Shown piece by piece: positions 18,442 to 27,924 of a stretch of DNA of 64,000 nt. The DNA comes from Vicinamibacterales bacterium (GTDB lineage Bacteria > Acidobacteriota > Vicinamibacteria > Vicinamibacterales > UBA8438), in the NCBI GenBank assembly GCA_965249175.1, contig OZ252227.1, positions 6,128,043 to 6,192,042 of the forward strand, in the 5' to 3' direction. The notes below the pieces were generated by a model. That model was not told the origin of the DNA. It searched no databases and was given only the letters and a program-made list of their open reading frames with translations. Position 1 is the stretch's first letter. Each line of letters opens with the position of its first letter. A program made the translations under genes and the position numbers.

Positions 18442-20925
18442 ATGATCGGCGTGACCATGGATTTCCTCACGCGCGACCCGGTCTGCGGCATGGAGGTCGA
18501 CCCGAACAAGGCGCGGTACCGCTTTGAGCACGCAGGATCGACGTATCTGTTCTGCTGCGGTGGCTGTCAGACGGCCTTCGCGCACGACCCGGCCGCGTTC
18601 CTCGACTCAACCGCAGATCGGAGCGCAGCGACGCCGACCCCGGCGCGCTCGGCCTCGAGTCCTGGGCCTGTGCCGATCTACGTCTGCCCGATGTGTCCCG
18701 ACGTGCGCGAGACCGAGCTGGTCCCGTGCCCAAGCTGCGGCATGGCGCTGGAACCGGAGGTCGTTGCGCCGCCCGAGCAGCGGGTCGAGTACACCTGCCC
18801 GATGCACCCCGCGGTCGTGCGCGCTGAGCCTGGGTCATGTCCCGAATGCGGCATGGCGCTCGAGCTACGAACGGTTACAGCCGACGAGCCGCCGAACCCC
18901 GAGTTAATCGACATGACGCGCCGGTTCCGTATCGGGGCGGCGATCGGCGCGCCGGTGTTCGTGCTGGCCATGGCCGAGATGCTGGTCGGTGCCGACGCCC
19001 TTGGCGTGCCGCGCTGGGCGTCGAACTGGATCCAGCTCGTCTTCGCGACGCCGGTTGTCGTCTGGGCGGGGCGTCCGTTCTTCGCACGCGGGTGGGCGTC
19101 GATCGTCAACCGGAGCCCGAACATGTTCACGCTCATCGGGCTGGGGGTCGGCGCGGCGTATCTCTACAGCGTGGCGGCCACGGTGATGCCGGCCGCCTTT
19201 CCATCCGGGTTTCGCATGGATGCGGGCGTGGAGCCGTACTTCGATACGGCGGTCGTCATCATCGTGCTCGTGCTGTTGGGACAGATGCTCGAGCTGAGGG
19301 CGCGACAGCGCACCGGTGCGGCGCTGCGCGCGCTCCTCGGCCTGGCCCCGGCGGTCGCGCACCGGTTGGAGACGGGGCCCGAAGAGGCGCTCCGGGAGAC
19401 CGAGGTGACGCTCGCCGACGTCCGGGTCGGCGACCTGCTCCGCGTGCGCCCTGGCGATCGCATCCCGGTCGACGGGACCGTCACGGATGGTCGAAGCACG
19501 GTTGACGAATCGATGGTCAGCGGCGAGCCGATGCCGGTGCTGAAGACGCCAGGCGTCGGCGTGATCGGTGCCACGATCAACGGCACCGGCAGCCTGACGA
19601 TGCGTGCCGATCGGGTGGGCGGGGACACGTTGCTGGCGCAGATCGTCGGTATGGTCAGCGACGCGCAACGCAGTCGCGCACCGATCCAACGGGTCGCCGA
19701 TCGGCTGGCCGTGTTCTTCGTCCCCGCCGTCGTCACGGTGGCGGTCGCGGCATTCGTCGGCTGGGCAATGTGGGGACCCGAACCGCGTCTGGCCCTTGCG
19801 GTGGTCAGCGCCGTCGCGGTGCTCATCATCGCGTGCCCCTGCGCTCTCGGTCTCGCCACGCCGATGGCCATCATGGTGGGGTCTGGCCGGGGGGCGACCG
19901 CGGGAGTGCTCATCCGCAATGCTGAGGCGCTCGAGACGCTCGAGAAGGTCGACACGCTCATCGTCGACAAGACCGGCACGTTGACCGAGGGCAAACCACA
20001 GGTCCGGTCCGTCGTACTGGCGACCGGAGGCGGCGCCCCCCGCTGGGAGGAATCCGAGCTGCTCGGGATCGTCGCCGGGCTCGAGCAGGCGAGCGAGCAT
20101 CCGCTGGCGTCCGCCGTCGTGGCCGAGGCGACACGGCGTGGCTTGACACCCCAGCCGGTGAGCGACTTCGAGTCCGAGACGGGACTCGGGGTGATCGGCA
20201 CTGTCGATGGCCGACGCGTCGCGGTCGGCACCGCCGCGTGGCTGCACCAGCAGGGGTGTGAGGTCGTCCCGCTCGACGCCGTGGCGGACGATGCCCGGCG
20301 ACGTGGCGAGACGGTCGTCTACGTGGCCATCGACGCCGTCATGGCCGGCTTCCTTGGCATTGCGGATCCTGTCAAGGGCTCCACACCCGAGGCCATCTCG
20401 CTGCTCCGCTCCGACAACCTCCGCGTCATCATGGTCACCGGGGACAGTCGGGCGACGGCCGAAGCCGTGGCCGCGGAGGTCGGCATCGACCCGGCCGACA
20501 TCGTTGCCGAGGTGCTGCCAGCGGACAAACGCCGCGTCGTGGCGGAGCATCAGGCCAACGGGCACCTGGTCGCCATGGCGGGCGACGGCATCAACGACGC
20601 ACCGGCCCTCGCCGAAGCGGCGGTGGGCATCGCGATGGGCACGGGGACCGACGTGGCGATGGAGAGCGCTGGCGTGACGCTCGTCAAGGGAGATCTCCGG
20701 GCCATCGCGCGCGCGCGGCGGCTCAGCCGCGCCACGATGCGCAACATCCGACAGAACCTGTTCCTCGCGTTCGTGTACAACGCGGTCGGTGTGCCCGTGG
20801 CGGCGGGCGTGCTGTATCCGCTGATCGGGGTGCTCATCAGCCCCATGTGGGCGAGCGCAGCGATGACGATGAGCTCGCTGTCGGTGATCGGCAACGCGCT
20901 CCGGCTCCGCCGCGTCGAGCTGTAG
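18442..20925 (+). CDS. copA: Copper(I)-translocating P1B-type ATPase with Cys-rich N-terminal metal-binding modules
   Basis: CPC ([13 protein letters not shown]), [17 protein letters not shown] (FVYNAVGVP) and MSS (MTMSSLS) signatures. N-terminal YHS/TRASH-like DPVCGM...CCGGC, plus two CPxC...CPxCGM modules. The start may be the ATG at 18457. Confidence 0.9.
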   Translation: MIGVTMDFLTRDPVCGMEVDPNKARYRFEHAGSTYLFCCGGCQTAFAHDPAAFLDSTADRSAATPTPARSASSPGPVPIYVCPMCPDVRETELVPCPSCGMALEPEVVAPPEQRVEYTCPMHPAVVRAEPGSCPECGMALELRTVTADEPPNPELIDMTRRFRIGAAIGAPVFVLAMAEMLVGADALGVPRWASNWIQLVFATPVVVWAGRPFFARGWASIVNRSPNMFTLIGLGVGAAYLYSVAATVMPAAFPSGFRMDAGVEPYFDTAVVIIVLVLLGQMLELRARQRTGAALRALLGLAPAVAHRLETGPEEALRETEVTLADVRVGDLLRVRPGDRIPVDGTVTDGRSTVDESMVSGEPMPVLKTPGVGVIGATINGTGSLTMRADRVGGDTLLAQIVGMVSDAQRSRAPIQRVADRLAVFFVPAVVTVAVAAFVGWAMWGPEPRLALAVVSAVAVLIIACPCALGLATPMAIMVGSGRGATAGVLIRNAEALETLEKVDTLIVDKTGTLTEGKPQVRSVVLATGGGAPRWEESELLGIVAGLEQASEHPLASAVVAEATRRGLTPQPVSDFESETGLGVIGTVDGRRVAVGTAAWLHQQGCEVVPLDAVADDARRRGETVVYVAIDAVMAGFLGIADPVKGSTPEAISLLRSDNLRVIMVTGDSRATAEAVAAEVGIDPADIVAEVLPADKRRVVAEHQANGHLVAMAGDGINDAPALAEAAVGIAMGTGTDVAMESAGVTLVKGDLRAIARARRLSRATMRNIRQNLFLAFVYNAVGVPVAAGVLYPLIGVLISPMWASAAMTMSSLSVIGNALRLRRVEL

Positions 20926-20962
20926 CTCGGCACGATGAACACGTTGGAGCCCGCGCCGGTCC

Positions 20963-22588
20963 TCAACGCTGCGTCCACCGCACGGGGAACAGCACGCCGG
21001 GCGCGAGCTTACCAGTCGGGTCGAGCGCCGCTTTGACTCGGCGCATCTCCTCGATTGCCCCGTCCCCGTATAACCGACGGAGCAACGCTTGCTTGACCGG
21101 ATTGCGGCCGACGCCGTGCTCGGCGAGTGGGCAGCCGCCGAGGCGAATCACCTCTGCGCCACACGCGAGAATGGCCTCCGTGCCGCGTTGCACGTCGGCC
21201 AGGCTGTGCGGGATGACATTGGGGTGCAGGTTGCCGTCCGACAGATGTCCCCAGATGGCGTAGTCGAGCCCCTGCCGCTCGAAAGCCGTGCGGAACAGGT
21301 CGAGACCTGCGCCCATCGCCTCGAAGGGCACGATCATGTCGGCCGCGGTCTTCTCAATGCGCGCATCGATAGTGCGCTTGGCATCGCTCACGAGCCGGTT
21401 GACCGCCTCCGGCACCGCCTCTCTGATCGCGGCGAGCTGGCCGCGACGGCGCGTGTCGTGGGGCAGGGCTAACTCCGTTCGCTCGAGGACGCCCGCTTGC
21501 CGAAGGAAGTGGCACAGGCGCACGAGCGGCGAATCCGGGGCGTTCCCGCTCTCCGCCGCCGCGATCTGCGCGTAGGCGTCCTCCGCGGTCTGGACGGCGT
21601 CGGCCGGCAACTCGACCTGCGCGAGCAGCGCCACAGCCGCATCGTCCGGTACGTCGATGCCGTGTCTCCGCGCGGCGCCGGCATCCCGCACGAGATCCAG
21701 GCACCGACGGTCGATGTGCTCGACGCCAGAGACATCGATTCCGCGCCGATCGCCCTCACGCCACGTCGCGCGCGAGGACTCACGAAGCCGCCCGACAAGG
21801 TCGATCGCGTCCTGCTCGGTGGCCAACGTCATCCACACGGTCAGGTTCGCAGGATCCGGCTCCATCGTCCGGAACGTGATCTCCGTGACGATGCCGAGTG
21901 TGCCCTCCGACCCGATGAAGAGGTCGATCAGATCCATGCGCGGCCGCGCGAAGTACCCCGCGGAACACTTCACGACCGCCGGCGTCCGATAGCCCGGCAC
22001 CGGGACGCGCACCGTTCCGCCGGTGAGCTCGAGGTCGAAGTACCCGTTGTCGTGGCCTCGCACCGTGTCGCGGTCGATCTCCAACACGTCGCCGTTGGCG
22101 AGTACGACGGTGAGTCGTTTCACCCAGTCGCGCGTGCTCCCGTATTTGAACGTGGCGGCCCCCGCCGCGTTCGTGGCGACGATGCCGCCCGAGAATGCCC
22201 CATCGAACGTCGGCGCAGGTGGAAACCACGCCCCCTGGCGACGTAGGGTCTCCTGCAGTCGCGACAGCGGCACACCTGGCTGGACGACGACCTCTCCTTC
22301 GCCCACGCGCAAGATGCGGTCCATACGCGTGGTGGCGATCACCAGGTCGCCCATCGGCGTCGCGCCGCCCGTCAGCGACGACTGGGCGCCGACCGGAAGG
22401 ACGCGCGCCGCCTGCCGGAGGAGCACGGCCACCTCCGCCTCGCTGCGCGGATGGGCAACCCCGCTGGCATGCCCACCCGGGTAGTGCGCGGCATCCTCGC
22501 GGACGCCAGCGAGGGCGACCTCATCGCGCGCGATTGCCGGGGGCGGCGAGTCACTGGCCCGCCTGGCGGTGATCCGGTAGGACGCCAT
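20963..22588 (-). CDS. FAD-linked oxidase (GlcD / D-lactate dehydrogenase-like)
   Basis: From ATG 22588 (MASYRITARR). FAD_binding_4-like N-terminal half (VLPVGAQSSLTGGATP) and oxidase C-terminal half (HLSDGNLHPNV, LAEHGVGR). Confidence 0.8.
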   Translation of the reverse strand: MASYRITARRASDSPPPAIARDEVALAGVREDAAHYPGGHASGVAHPRSEAEVAVLLRQAARVLPVGAQSSLTGGATPMGDLVIATTRMDRILRVGEGEVVVQPGVPLSRLQETLRRQGAWFPPAPTFDGAFSGGIVATNAAGAATFKYGSTRDWVKRLTVVLANGDVLEIDRDTVRGHDNGYFDLELTGGTVRVPVPGYRTPAVVKCSAGYFARPRMDLIDLFIGSEGTLGIVTEITFRTMEPDPANLTVWMTLATEQDAIDLVGRLRESSRATWREGDRRGIDVSGVEHIDRRCLDLVRDAGAARRHGIDVPDDAAVALLAQVELPADAVQTAEDAYAQIAAAESGNAPDSPLVRLCHFLRQAGVLERTELALPHDTRRRGQLAAIREAVPEAVNRLVSDAKRTIDARIEKTAADMIVPFEAMGAGLDLFRTAFERQGLDYAIWGHLSDGNLHPNVIPHSLADVQRGTEAILACGAEVIRLGGCPLAEHGVGRNPVKQALLRRLYGDGAIEEMRRVKAALDPTGKLAPGVLFPVRWTQR

Positions 22589-22710
22589 CGGACCGGCATT
22601 ATAGGTGGCGCCTAGGCTCCTACGCCGTGGACGGGCCGAAACCCGCGATGGTACAGTGGCGGCTGAGGCGCCGCATCGGTACCGCCCCCGAATCGGAAAG
22701 GATTTCTGGC

Positions 22711-23742
22711 ATGGCATCGTGTCCGACACGACTGGTTGTGGCAGCGCTCGCGTTGCTGCTTGCCCCGGTGTCGCTCGCCGCGCAGGGCGGCGGTGGTGTG
22801 GTCGCGCGCGTCGGTGGCGAGCCGATCACGGCGACCGAGCTCGAGGATGCCTGGCGTCGCAGCGACGCCGCGTCCCGTATCCGAATGCTCCAACAGCTCT
22901 ACGACACGCGACGGCGCGCGCTGGACATCGTCATCGGCGAGCGACTCATCGAGCGTGAAACAGTGGCGCGCGCCATGACACGCGACGCGTTGCTGGCGGC
23001 CGAGCTGCCGAGTCGTACCCTGCCGGTGACCGATGAGGAAGTCGACCAGATCTACGACCGGAACAAGGACCGGTTCGGCGGGCGGACCGCCGAGGAGATG
23101 CGGCCGGAAATCCGGGCGATGATGGAAGAGCAACGGCCGCTGCAGGCGTTGCAGGCGTACGTGAACGAGCTCCGGTTGGCGGCCGACGACGTGGTCGTGC
23201 TCCTCGACCCGCCGCGGCAGGACGTCGAGACCAGCGAGGACGACGCCGTGCGCGGACCCGCCGACGCCCCCATCCAGATCGTGGAGTTCTCGGATTTCGA
23301 TTGTCCCTATTGCCAGCGGGCCACCGGCACGATGGCCCAGCTGCTCGATCGGTATGGTGACCAGATCCGTTTCGTCTACAAGGATTACCCGCTCCCCAGT
23401 CATCCGAACGCGTTCAAGGCCGCCGAGGCGGGCAAGTGCGCCAACGCCCAAGGCAAGTTCTGGGAGCTGCACGACAAGATGTTCGCGAGCCAGGGCTCGC
23501 TCGACATTGCCTCCTTGAAAACGTACGCGTCGGAGCTCGGACTCGACGCAGCCGCGTTCGCCTCGTGCCTGGATGACGGTCGCTACACGCAGCGTGTGCA
23601 GCAGGACCTCGCGACCGGAGCACGCTTTGGTGTCTCGTCGACCCCCACCGTGTTCATCAACGGCCGCCTCGTGACCGGCGCCGTGCCCTATGATGTGTTC
23701 GATGGAATCATCCGCGAGGAGCTGGCGCTGGCCGGGCAGTAG
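22711..23742 (+). CDS. Secreted DsbA-family thiol:disulfide oxidoreductase with SurA-like N-terminal domain
   Basis: From ATG 22711 (GGAAAGGA upstream). Signal MASCPTRLVVAALALLLAPVSLAA. VEFSDFDCPYCQRA CxxC thioredoxin fold. Confidence 0.85.
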   Translation: MASCPTRLVVAALALLLAPVSLAAQGGGGVVARVGGEPITATELEDAWRRSDAASRIRMLQQLYDTRRRALDIVIGERLIERETVARAMTRDALLAAELPSRTLPVTDEEVDQIYDRNKDRFGGRTAEEMRPEIRAMMEEQRPLQALQAYVNELRLAADDVVVLLDPPRQDVETSEDDAVRGPADAPIQIVEFSDFDCPYCQRATGTMAQLLDRYGDQIRFVYKDYPLPSHPNAFKAAEAGKCANAQGKFWELHDKMFASQGSLDIASLKTYASELGLDAAAFASCLDDGRYTQRVQQDLATGARFGVSSTPTVFINGRLVTGAVPYDVFDGIIREELALAGQ

Positions 23743-23770
23743 GCGCGGAACCAACCAACCGCGCTTTCTT

Positions 23771-25102
23771 GGCGCTTCAGGAATTCGGGTGGGCAAGAGT
23801 GTGTGCTTCATCCGGGTACAGGTCCAGGCGTCCGAGGTGGAAGTAGATGGCCTGGCGGAACCGCTCCCGGCTGCGAAAGCCCGCGGCTTGTTTCTTGATC
23901 CACTGGATGCGTGAGTTGATGGCCTCGGCGGTCGCGTTCGTGATGCCGCTGATGATGGCGTTGATGACCCCGTCGAAATGTCGTCGGACGGTCCGTGCGG
24001 CGCGGATCATGGGTGCCAGGCGCGAGCGTGCCATCCAGGCGAGTACCTCCTTCAACGCCCGCTCCGCCCGTTTGGGTTGGCGAAACGCGAAGGCGTCCAT
24101 AAACGTTTCCTTGATGGCCCAGGCTCGGGCGACCTTGAGGTTGCTGGACTTGAGCTGCGTCAGCTCGGCCGTCTGCGCCCGCGACATGTTCCAGGGATTC
24201 ATGAGGAAGAGATGCCGCGTGCCCTTGAGGCGCTCGTCGTGTTGCTCTAGCAGCGTTTTGTGCTCTTCACGCCGGACCTTGTTCACCGCATCGCCCAACA
24301 GGCTGGCGAGGTGGTACTTGTCGAAGACAATCCGCTCGTGCGCGGCCGGCCCCAACGCCCGGGTGACCGCGCTCAGGTAGGCGCCCGACATGTCCATCGC
24401 GACCGCCTCGATGCGGGCCCGTTCCGAGGCGGTGAGCGGGTCGAAGAAGCCGCTGAGCGACTCCGCCGAGCGGCCGTCCGAGACGAACAGGACCGCCGCC
24501 CGCCCGGGATCACACACAACCGTCACGTACTCATGCCGCTGCTGGAACGAGGTCTCATCAACGCCCACGACCTTGGGCACCGAGAGCTGACGGCGGGCGA
24601 GACCGCGGGCCACCGCGCGCTCCATGATGCCCGCCACCTGGTCCCAGCTCAGGGCGAGCAGCTCGGCGACGGCTTTTATACTGGCGTGCTGCAGCCATTC
24701 GATGACCAGACACTCGAAGAGGGCGGTGAAGCGAGACCGGGGGGCCGCCCAGGGCACCTTCAGCTGTCTGATCCCATGCGACGGACATTCGATTCGAGGA
24801 ATCTCCCCCACGAGCATGGTCTTGTATTGCATCGTGTCAAGGTGTCGCCACGACCGCGTCCGGGTGTCGTGGCGCGGGCAGGGCTCACTACACTCCGGGC
24901 ACGGCGTCGATGCATCCGGCCTGAGGGCCACAAACACCTGCACCGAGTGGTCTTGCATCGAGATGTCCACCTCGACGACTTCCCATGGTGGTTCGAGTCC
25001 GAGAAGCTGGGCATACAAGTCACGGTCCTGCATGCCGGGATGCTACATCTACTCACGCCCACCCTCGATGGCGTCGTCCGCCACCCAAAAGCCGGAAGAG
25101 CC
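23771..25102 (-). mobile_element. ISL3-family insertion sequence, 1332 bp, apparently intact
   Basis: Imperfect terminal inverted repeats: GGCGCTTCAGGAATTCGGGTGG (23771-) matches the reverse complement of the right end, GGCTCTTCCGGCTTTTGGGTGG, at 17 of 22 positions. It is flanked by the 8-bp direct repeat GCTTTCTT (23763-23770 and 25103-25110). Confidence 0.88.
23777..25033 (-). CDS. ISL3 family transposase
   Basis: 418 aa. N-terminal zinc finger CPECSEPCPRHD, WRHLDTMQYKT, VGVDETSFQQRHEYVTVVCD DDE region. Confidence 0.9.
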   Translation of the reverse strand: MQDRDLYAQLLGLEPPWEVVEVDISMQDHSVQVFVALRPDASTPCPECSEPCPRHDTRTRSWRHLDTMQYKTMLVGEIPRIECPSHGIRQLKVPWAAPRSRFTALFECLVIEWLQHASIKAVAELLALSWDQVAGIMERAVARGLARRQLSVPKVVGVDETSFQQRHEYVTVVCDPGRAAVLFVSDGRSAESLSGFFDPLTASERARIEAVAMDMSGAYLSAVTRALGPAAHERIVFDKYHLASLLGDAVNKVRREEHKTLLEQHDERLKGTRHLFLMNPWNMSRAQTAELTQLKSSNLKVARAWAIKETFMDAFAFRQPKRAERALKEVLAWMARSRLAPMIRAARTVRRHFDGVINAIISGITNATAEAINSRIQWIKKQAAGFRSRERFRQAIYFHLGRLDLYPDEAHTLAHPNS

Positions 25103-25458
25103 GCTTTCTTACGCCGACCGGGGGGCTTCACCAGCAGCCGGAGCGCGAACCCGTCCGGGAGACCCGTTGAGGGTCGGCTCGGGCCGACGCGGTAAACGGC
25201 GGCGGGGGCACTCGGCTGTCGGAGCGGACGCGGTAGGTCGTCGCGGAGCCGCGCGGCGTCATCCAGCTTCAGCTCGACCAGCCGGTAGAGCGGGATCGCG
25301 CCGCACCCGCTTATACACTCCACGAACGCGCCACCCTCACTCACCTCGCGCGTCCTGATACGCGCGGTCCGTCGGGTCCCGTCGATGTCCAGCCAGGTCA
25401 TCCGACCGGGGAGGCAGAGGGCGCGGCGCTCGTGCGCGGGTTGTTCGCGCCCCTGCAC
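25103..25458 (-). CDS. PilZ-domain-like protein; its extreme 3' end is displaced by the IS insertion
   Basis: HERRALCLPGRMTWLDIDG...TREVSEGGAFVE resembles the PilZ RxxxR / DxSxxG pattern, though degenerate. The present ORF (24760..25458) reads on into the IS. Confidence 0.4.
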
Positions 25459-25612
25459 GTGGCGGCACGCGACCGCGTTTGAGGCTGGACGTGGTGCGAC
25501 ATAGGACCCGCAGCGGTGTATCGGATCCGCACACCGGGAGGTTTAGGACCTTATTCCGGTCAGGGTCCTTAGGTCCCAGGACGGGTCTGGCGCGTGTCGA
25601 CGGGTAAGGCGG

Positions 25613-26359
25613 TCAGTCGCCGGCGGCCAGGGCGAGCTCGTCGGTGTACCAGACGTCGAACTCGGCCTGCGACTGGACGGTGACGAAGCCACGCATCCGG
25701 TAGTGACCGAGCCCGCACAGCTGCGAGCAGTTGACCTCGAAATCACCGGTCACGGTCGGCACCCACCAGACAGGCACCTGGATGCCGGGGATGGCGTCCT
25801 GCTTCACCCGCATCTCCGCGATTCCCATGCTGTGGATGACGTCCTGCGTCGAGAGGTAGACGATGACCGGCTTATCGACCGGCAGGTTCATCTGGTTGAT
25901 GCTGTGGACGTCGTCACGCGCGTTCGAGTCGCTCCGGTCGAGGCCGATCGCGTTCGTCGGGGTGATCAGGCTGATGTCACGACGGCCGAACCGACCGTCG
26001 GCGCCAGGGTAGTGCGTGTGCCATTCGAACTGCTTGCCGATCATGTGGACGACGGTCGCTTCGTCCTCGGGTGGGAATTCGTTCACGCGGTTGGCCCACG
26101 CGGGGATGGCGAAACCGACGAGCAGGACCGCCTCGACGACCGCCACGCCGATTTCGAGGTAGCTCGACGTATGGCTCGTGACACCGTGGTAGTCGGCCTT
26201 GGGATTGGCGCTGGCGCGAAAGCGGATGAGCGTGTAGATGAAGAAGCCACCCCAGCCGACGAACATCGCGGCCATGAGCCAGTGGGTGAGGATGATCATC
26301 TGGTCGATCTCCTCGGCATGGGCGGCCGCCTGAATCGGCAGTCCGAGTAGCTCGCGCAT
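25613..26359 (-). CDS. ctaC: Haem-copper oxidase subunit II (CuA)
   Basis: Two N-terminal TMs and a cupredoxin domain with DVIHSMG ... CSQLCGLGHYRM CuA ligands. Confidence 0.88.
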   Translation of the reverse strand: MRELLGLPIQAAAHAEEIDQMIILTHWLMAAMFVGWGGFFIYTLIRFRASANPKADYHGVTSHTSSYLEIGVAVVEAVLLVGFAIPAWANRVNEFPPEDEATVVHMIGKQFEWHTHYPGADGRFGRRDISLITPTNAIGLDRSDSNARDDVHSINQMNLPVDKPVIVYLSTQDVIHSMGIAEMRVKQDAIPGIQVPVWWVPTVTGDFEVNCSQLCGLGHYRMRGFVTVQSQAEFDVWYTDELALAAGD

Positions 26360-26644
26360 CTACGTTCTCCCTCCCGGCTCGCCGGACCGACCGGTGCCGA
26401 GCGCGCTCTCGTTGCTCATCGCCTGGCGCGAACGCTTCATCAAGTGGAAGATGAAACCGACGAACCCGCTCAACACGCCACCCGTCACGCCGAGCAACGT
26501 GAACACCGCCCAGTTCAGGCTTTGCGCCTCGGGCGAGTTCGGATCGCCGCCGAAGCAGATCGGGCACGCCAGCGCAACCGCTGGCGTAACGATCACCAGC
26601 GCTGTGCCTCCACCTGCGCCTCGAATCAACGTCTGTGTGTTCAT
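26360..26644 (-). CDS. Small membrane protein with a CPxC motif, translationally coupled to subunit II
   Basis: 94 aa. TALVIVTPAVALACPICFGG, then one TM (WAVFTLLGVTGGVLSGFVGFIF). Its stop abuts the subunit II ATG (26360/26359). Confidence 0.55.
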   Translation of the reverse strand: MNTQTLIRGAGGGTALVIVTPAVALACPICFGGDPNSPEAQSLNWAVFTLLGVTGGVLSGFVGFIFHLMKRSRQAMSNESALGTGRSGEPGGRT

Positions 26645-26655
26645 GGCAGCCTCTT

Positions 26656-26677
26656 ACGCGGGGCTGAAGCCCCGCGT
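26656..26677. repeat. REP-like hairpin inside the oxidase cluster
   Basis: ACGCGGGGC-TGAA-GCCCCGCGT, a 9-bp perfect stem, between the two small ORFs. Confidence 0.7.
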
Positions 26678-26691
26678 TACGCATCCTCCAG

Positions 26692-26901
26692 CTATTCAAT
26701 GCCGAGCTCTCGCGTCTTGCGCACGAAACCGATCGCGTACCACGTCATGAGCACGGCCGCCAGCGCCGAACCGGTCGCGAACAGCACGTGCCCCACGACG
26801 CCACGCTCGCTCGTGAACATGACGACGCCCCAGACGGCGACCATGGCCGCGAGGACGATCGACGCCACGATGAAGACGATGTGGATGGCCCGGAGCGACA
26901 T
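26692..26901 (-). CDS. Small two-TM membrane protein
   Basis: 69 aa; two hydrophobic helices (IHIVFIVASIVLAAMVAVWGVV and LFATGSALAAVLMTWYAIGF). Located within the oxidase cluster. Confidence 0.5.
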   Translation of the reverse strand: MSLRAIHIVFIVASIVLAAMVAVWGVVMFTSERGVVGHVLFATGSALAAVLMTWYAIGFVRKTRELGIE

Positions 26902-26935
26902 GAGGATTCTCTAGTTGGGGCATCGCCCCAAGCCG

Positions 26936-27277
26936 CTAGTGCGCATCGGCCTCCGCCGCCGGGGCGTCGGCATTCGGGAGCGTGAAGAACTCGCCCACCT
27001 TGTCGGCGTTCCCCATGAGCGGAATGAACAGCATCACGAAGAAAAAGAAGCCGGTCAGCAACAGCACTCCGAAGATCGCCTTCTTCTCCTCGATCAGATG
27101 CATGAAGAAGCTCGCAACCAGCGATCCCTTGAAGAGGGCGATGATGAGCGCGACGGTCACCGCCATCGGCACGCCGAACGGTAGATACGACACGGCGACC
27201 GTCACGACGGTGAGGATCAGCAACGAGATCCCCACTTTCATGTAGGTTCGGATATGGGCTTGAACGTCTTCGCTCAT
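26936..27277 (-). CDS. Prokaryotic cytochrome oxidase subunit IV family protein
   Basis: 113 aa. HIRTYMKVGISLLILTVVTVAVS plus two further TMs, as in the CoxIV/CyoD-like family. Confidence 0.75.
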   Translation of the reverse strand: MSEDVQAHIRTYMKVGISLLILTVVTVAVSYLPFGVPMAVTVALIIALFKGSLVASFFMHLIEEKKAIFGVLLLTGFFFFVMLFIPLMGNADKVGEFFTLPNADAPAAEADAH

Positions 27278-27328
27278 ACAGCCTCCAAACGAAACTCAGA
27301 ACCCGGAACCGGAATCGTGACCCGAGCC

Positions 27329-27919
27329 CTAGAGCAAATAGAGCACCGGAAACAGAAAGATCCACACGAGGTCGACGAAGTGCCAATAGAGCCCGGCGGC
27401 TTCAATCCGATTCGTGAACTGATCTTTGGCGGTCTCCCACATCTTGGAGCCCGGTCCCAGAAAATACGAGTTGACGATTACGCCGCCAATGATGTGCAGG
27501 GCGTGCAAGCCGGTCAGCGTGAAATAGATTCCCAGATAGGTGCTGCTCGCTGGGTAGTCGCCGTGCGAGAACTTGTCCGCGTACTCGTAGCCCTTGACGC
27601 CCAGGAACAGCAGCGAGAGCCCGATCGTTAGCGCCATGTAGAGCTTGAACTTGCCGAGGTCGTTCGTCTTGAGCCCGGTGTACGCCAGCACCATGGTGAC
27701 GCTCGATGAGATCAGGACCACGGTGTTGAACGCGCCGATCGGGACGCTCAGGATGTCGGCGCCGAACGGCCACTCGACCGCAATGACGCGCAGCAGCACG
27801 TAGGTGGAGAACAGCCCACCGAACAGCATTACCTCCGACGCCAGGAACAGCCAGATACCCAGCTTGACGTTGTTCAACCCGGTGTCGGGCCGTTCCTCGA
27901 CGGTATACGGGATTTCCAT
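27329..27919 (-). CDS. ctaE: Haem-copper oxidase subunit III
   Basis: 196 aa, 5 TM. LGIWLFLASEVMLFGGLF and HALHIIGG motifs. Confidence 0.88.
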   Translation of the reverse strand: MEIPYTVEERPDTGLNNVKLGIWLFLASEVMLFGGLFSTYVLLRVIAVEWPFGADILSVPIGAFNTVVLISSSVTMVLAYTGLKTNDLGKFKLYMALTIGLSLLFLGVKGYEYADKFSHGDYPASSTYLGIYFTLTGLHALHIIGGVIVNSYFLGPGSKMWETAKDQFTNRIEAAGLYWHFVDLVWIFLFPVLYLL

Positions 27920-27924
27920 GGCGT

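Noticed and set aside
24760-25458. 232-aa ORF taken as a native gene.
   Set aside because: It is a hybrid. Codons after about 119 lie inside the IS, antisense to nothing functional, and exist only because the insertion removed the original stop.
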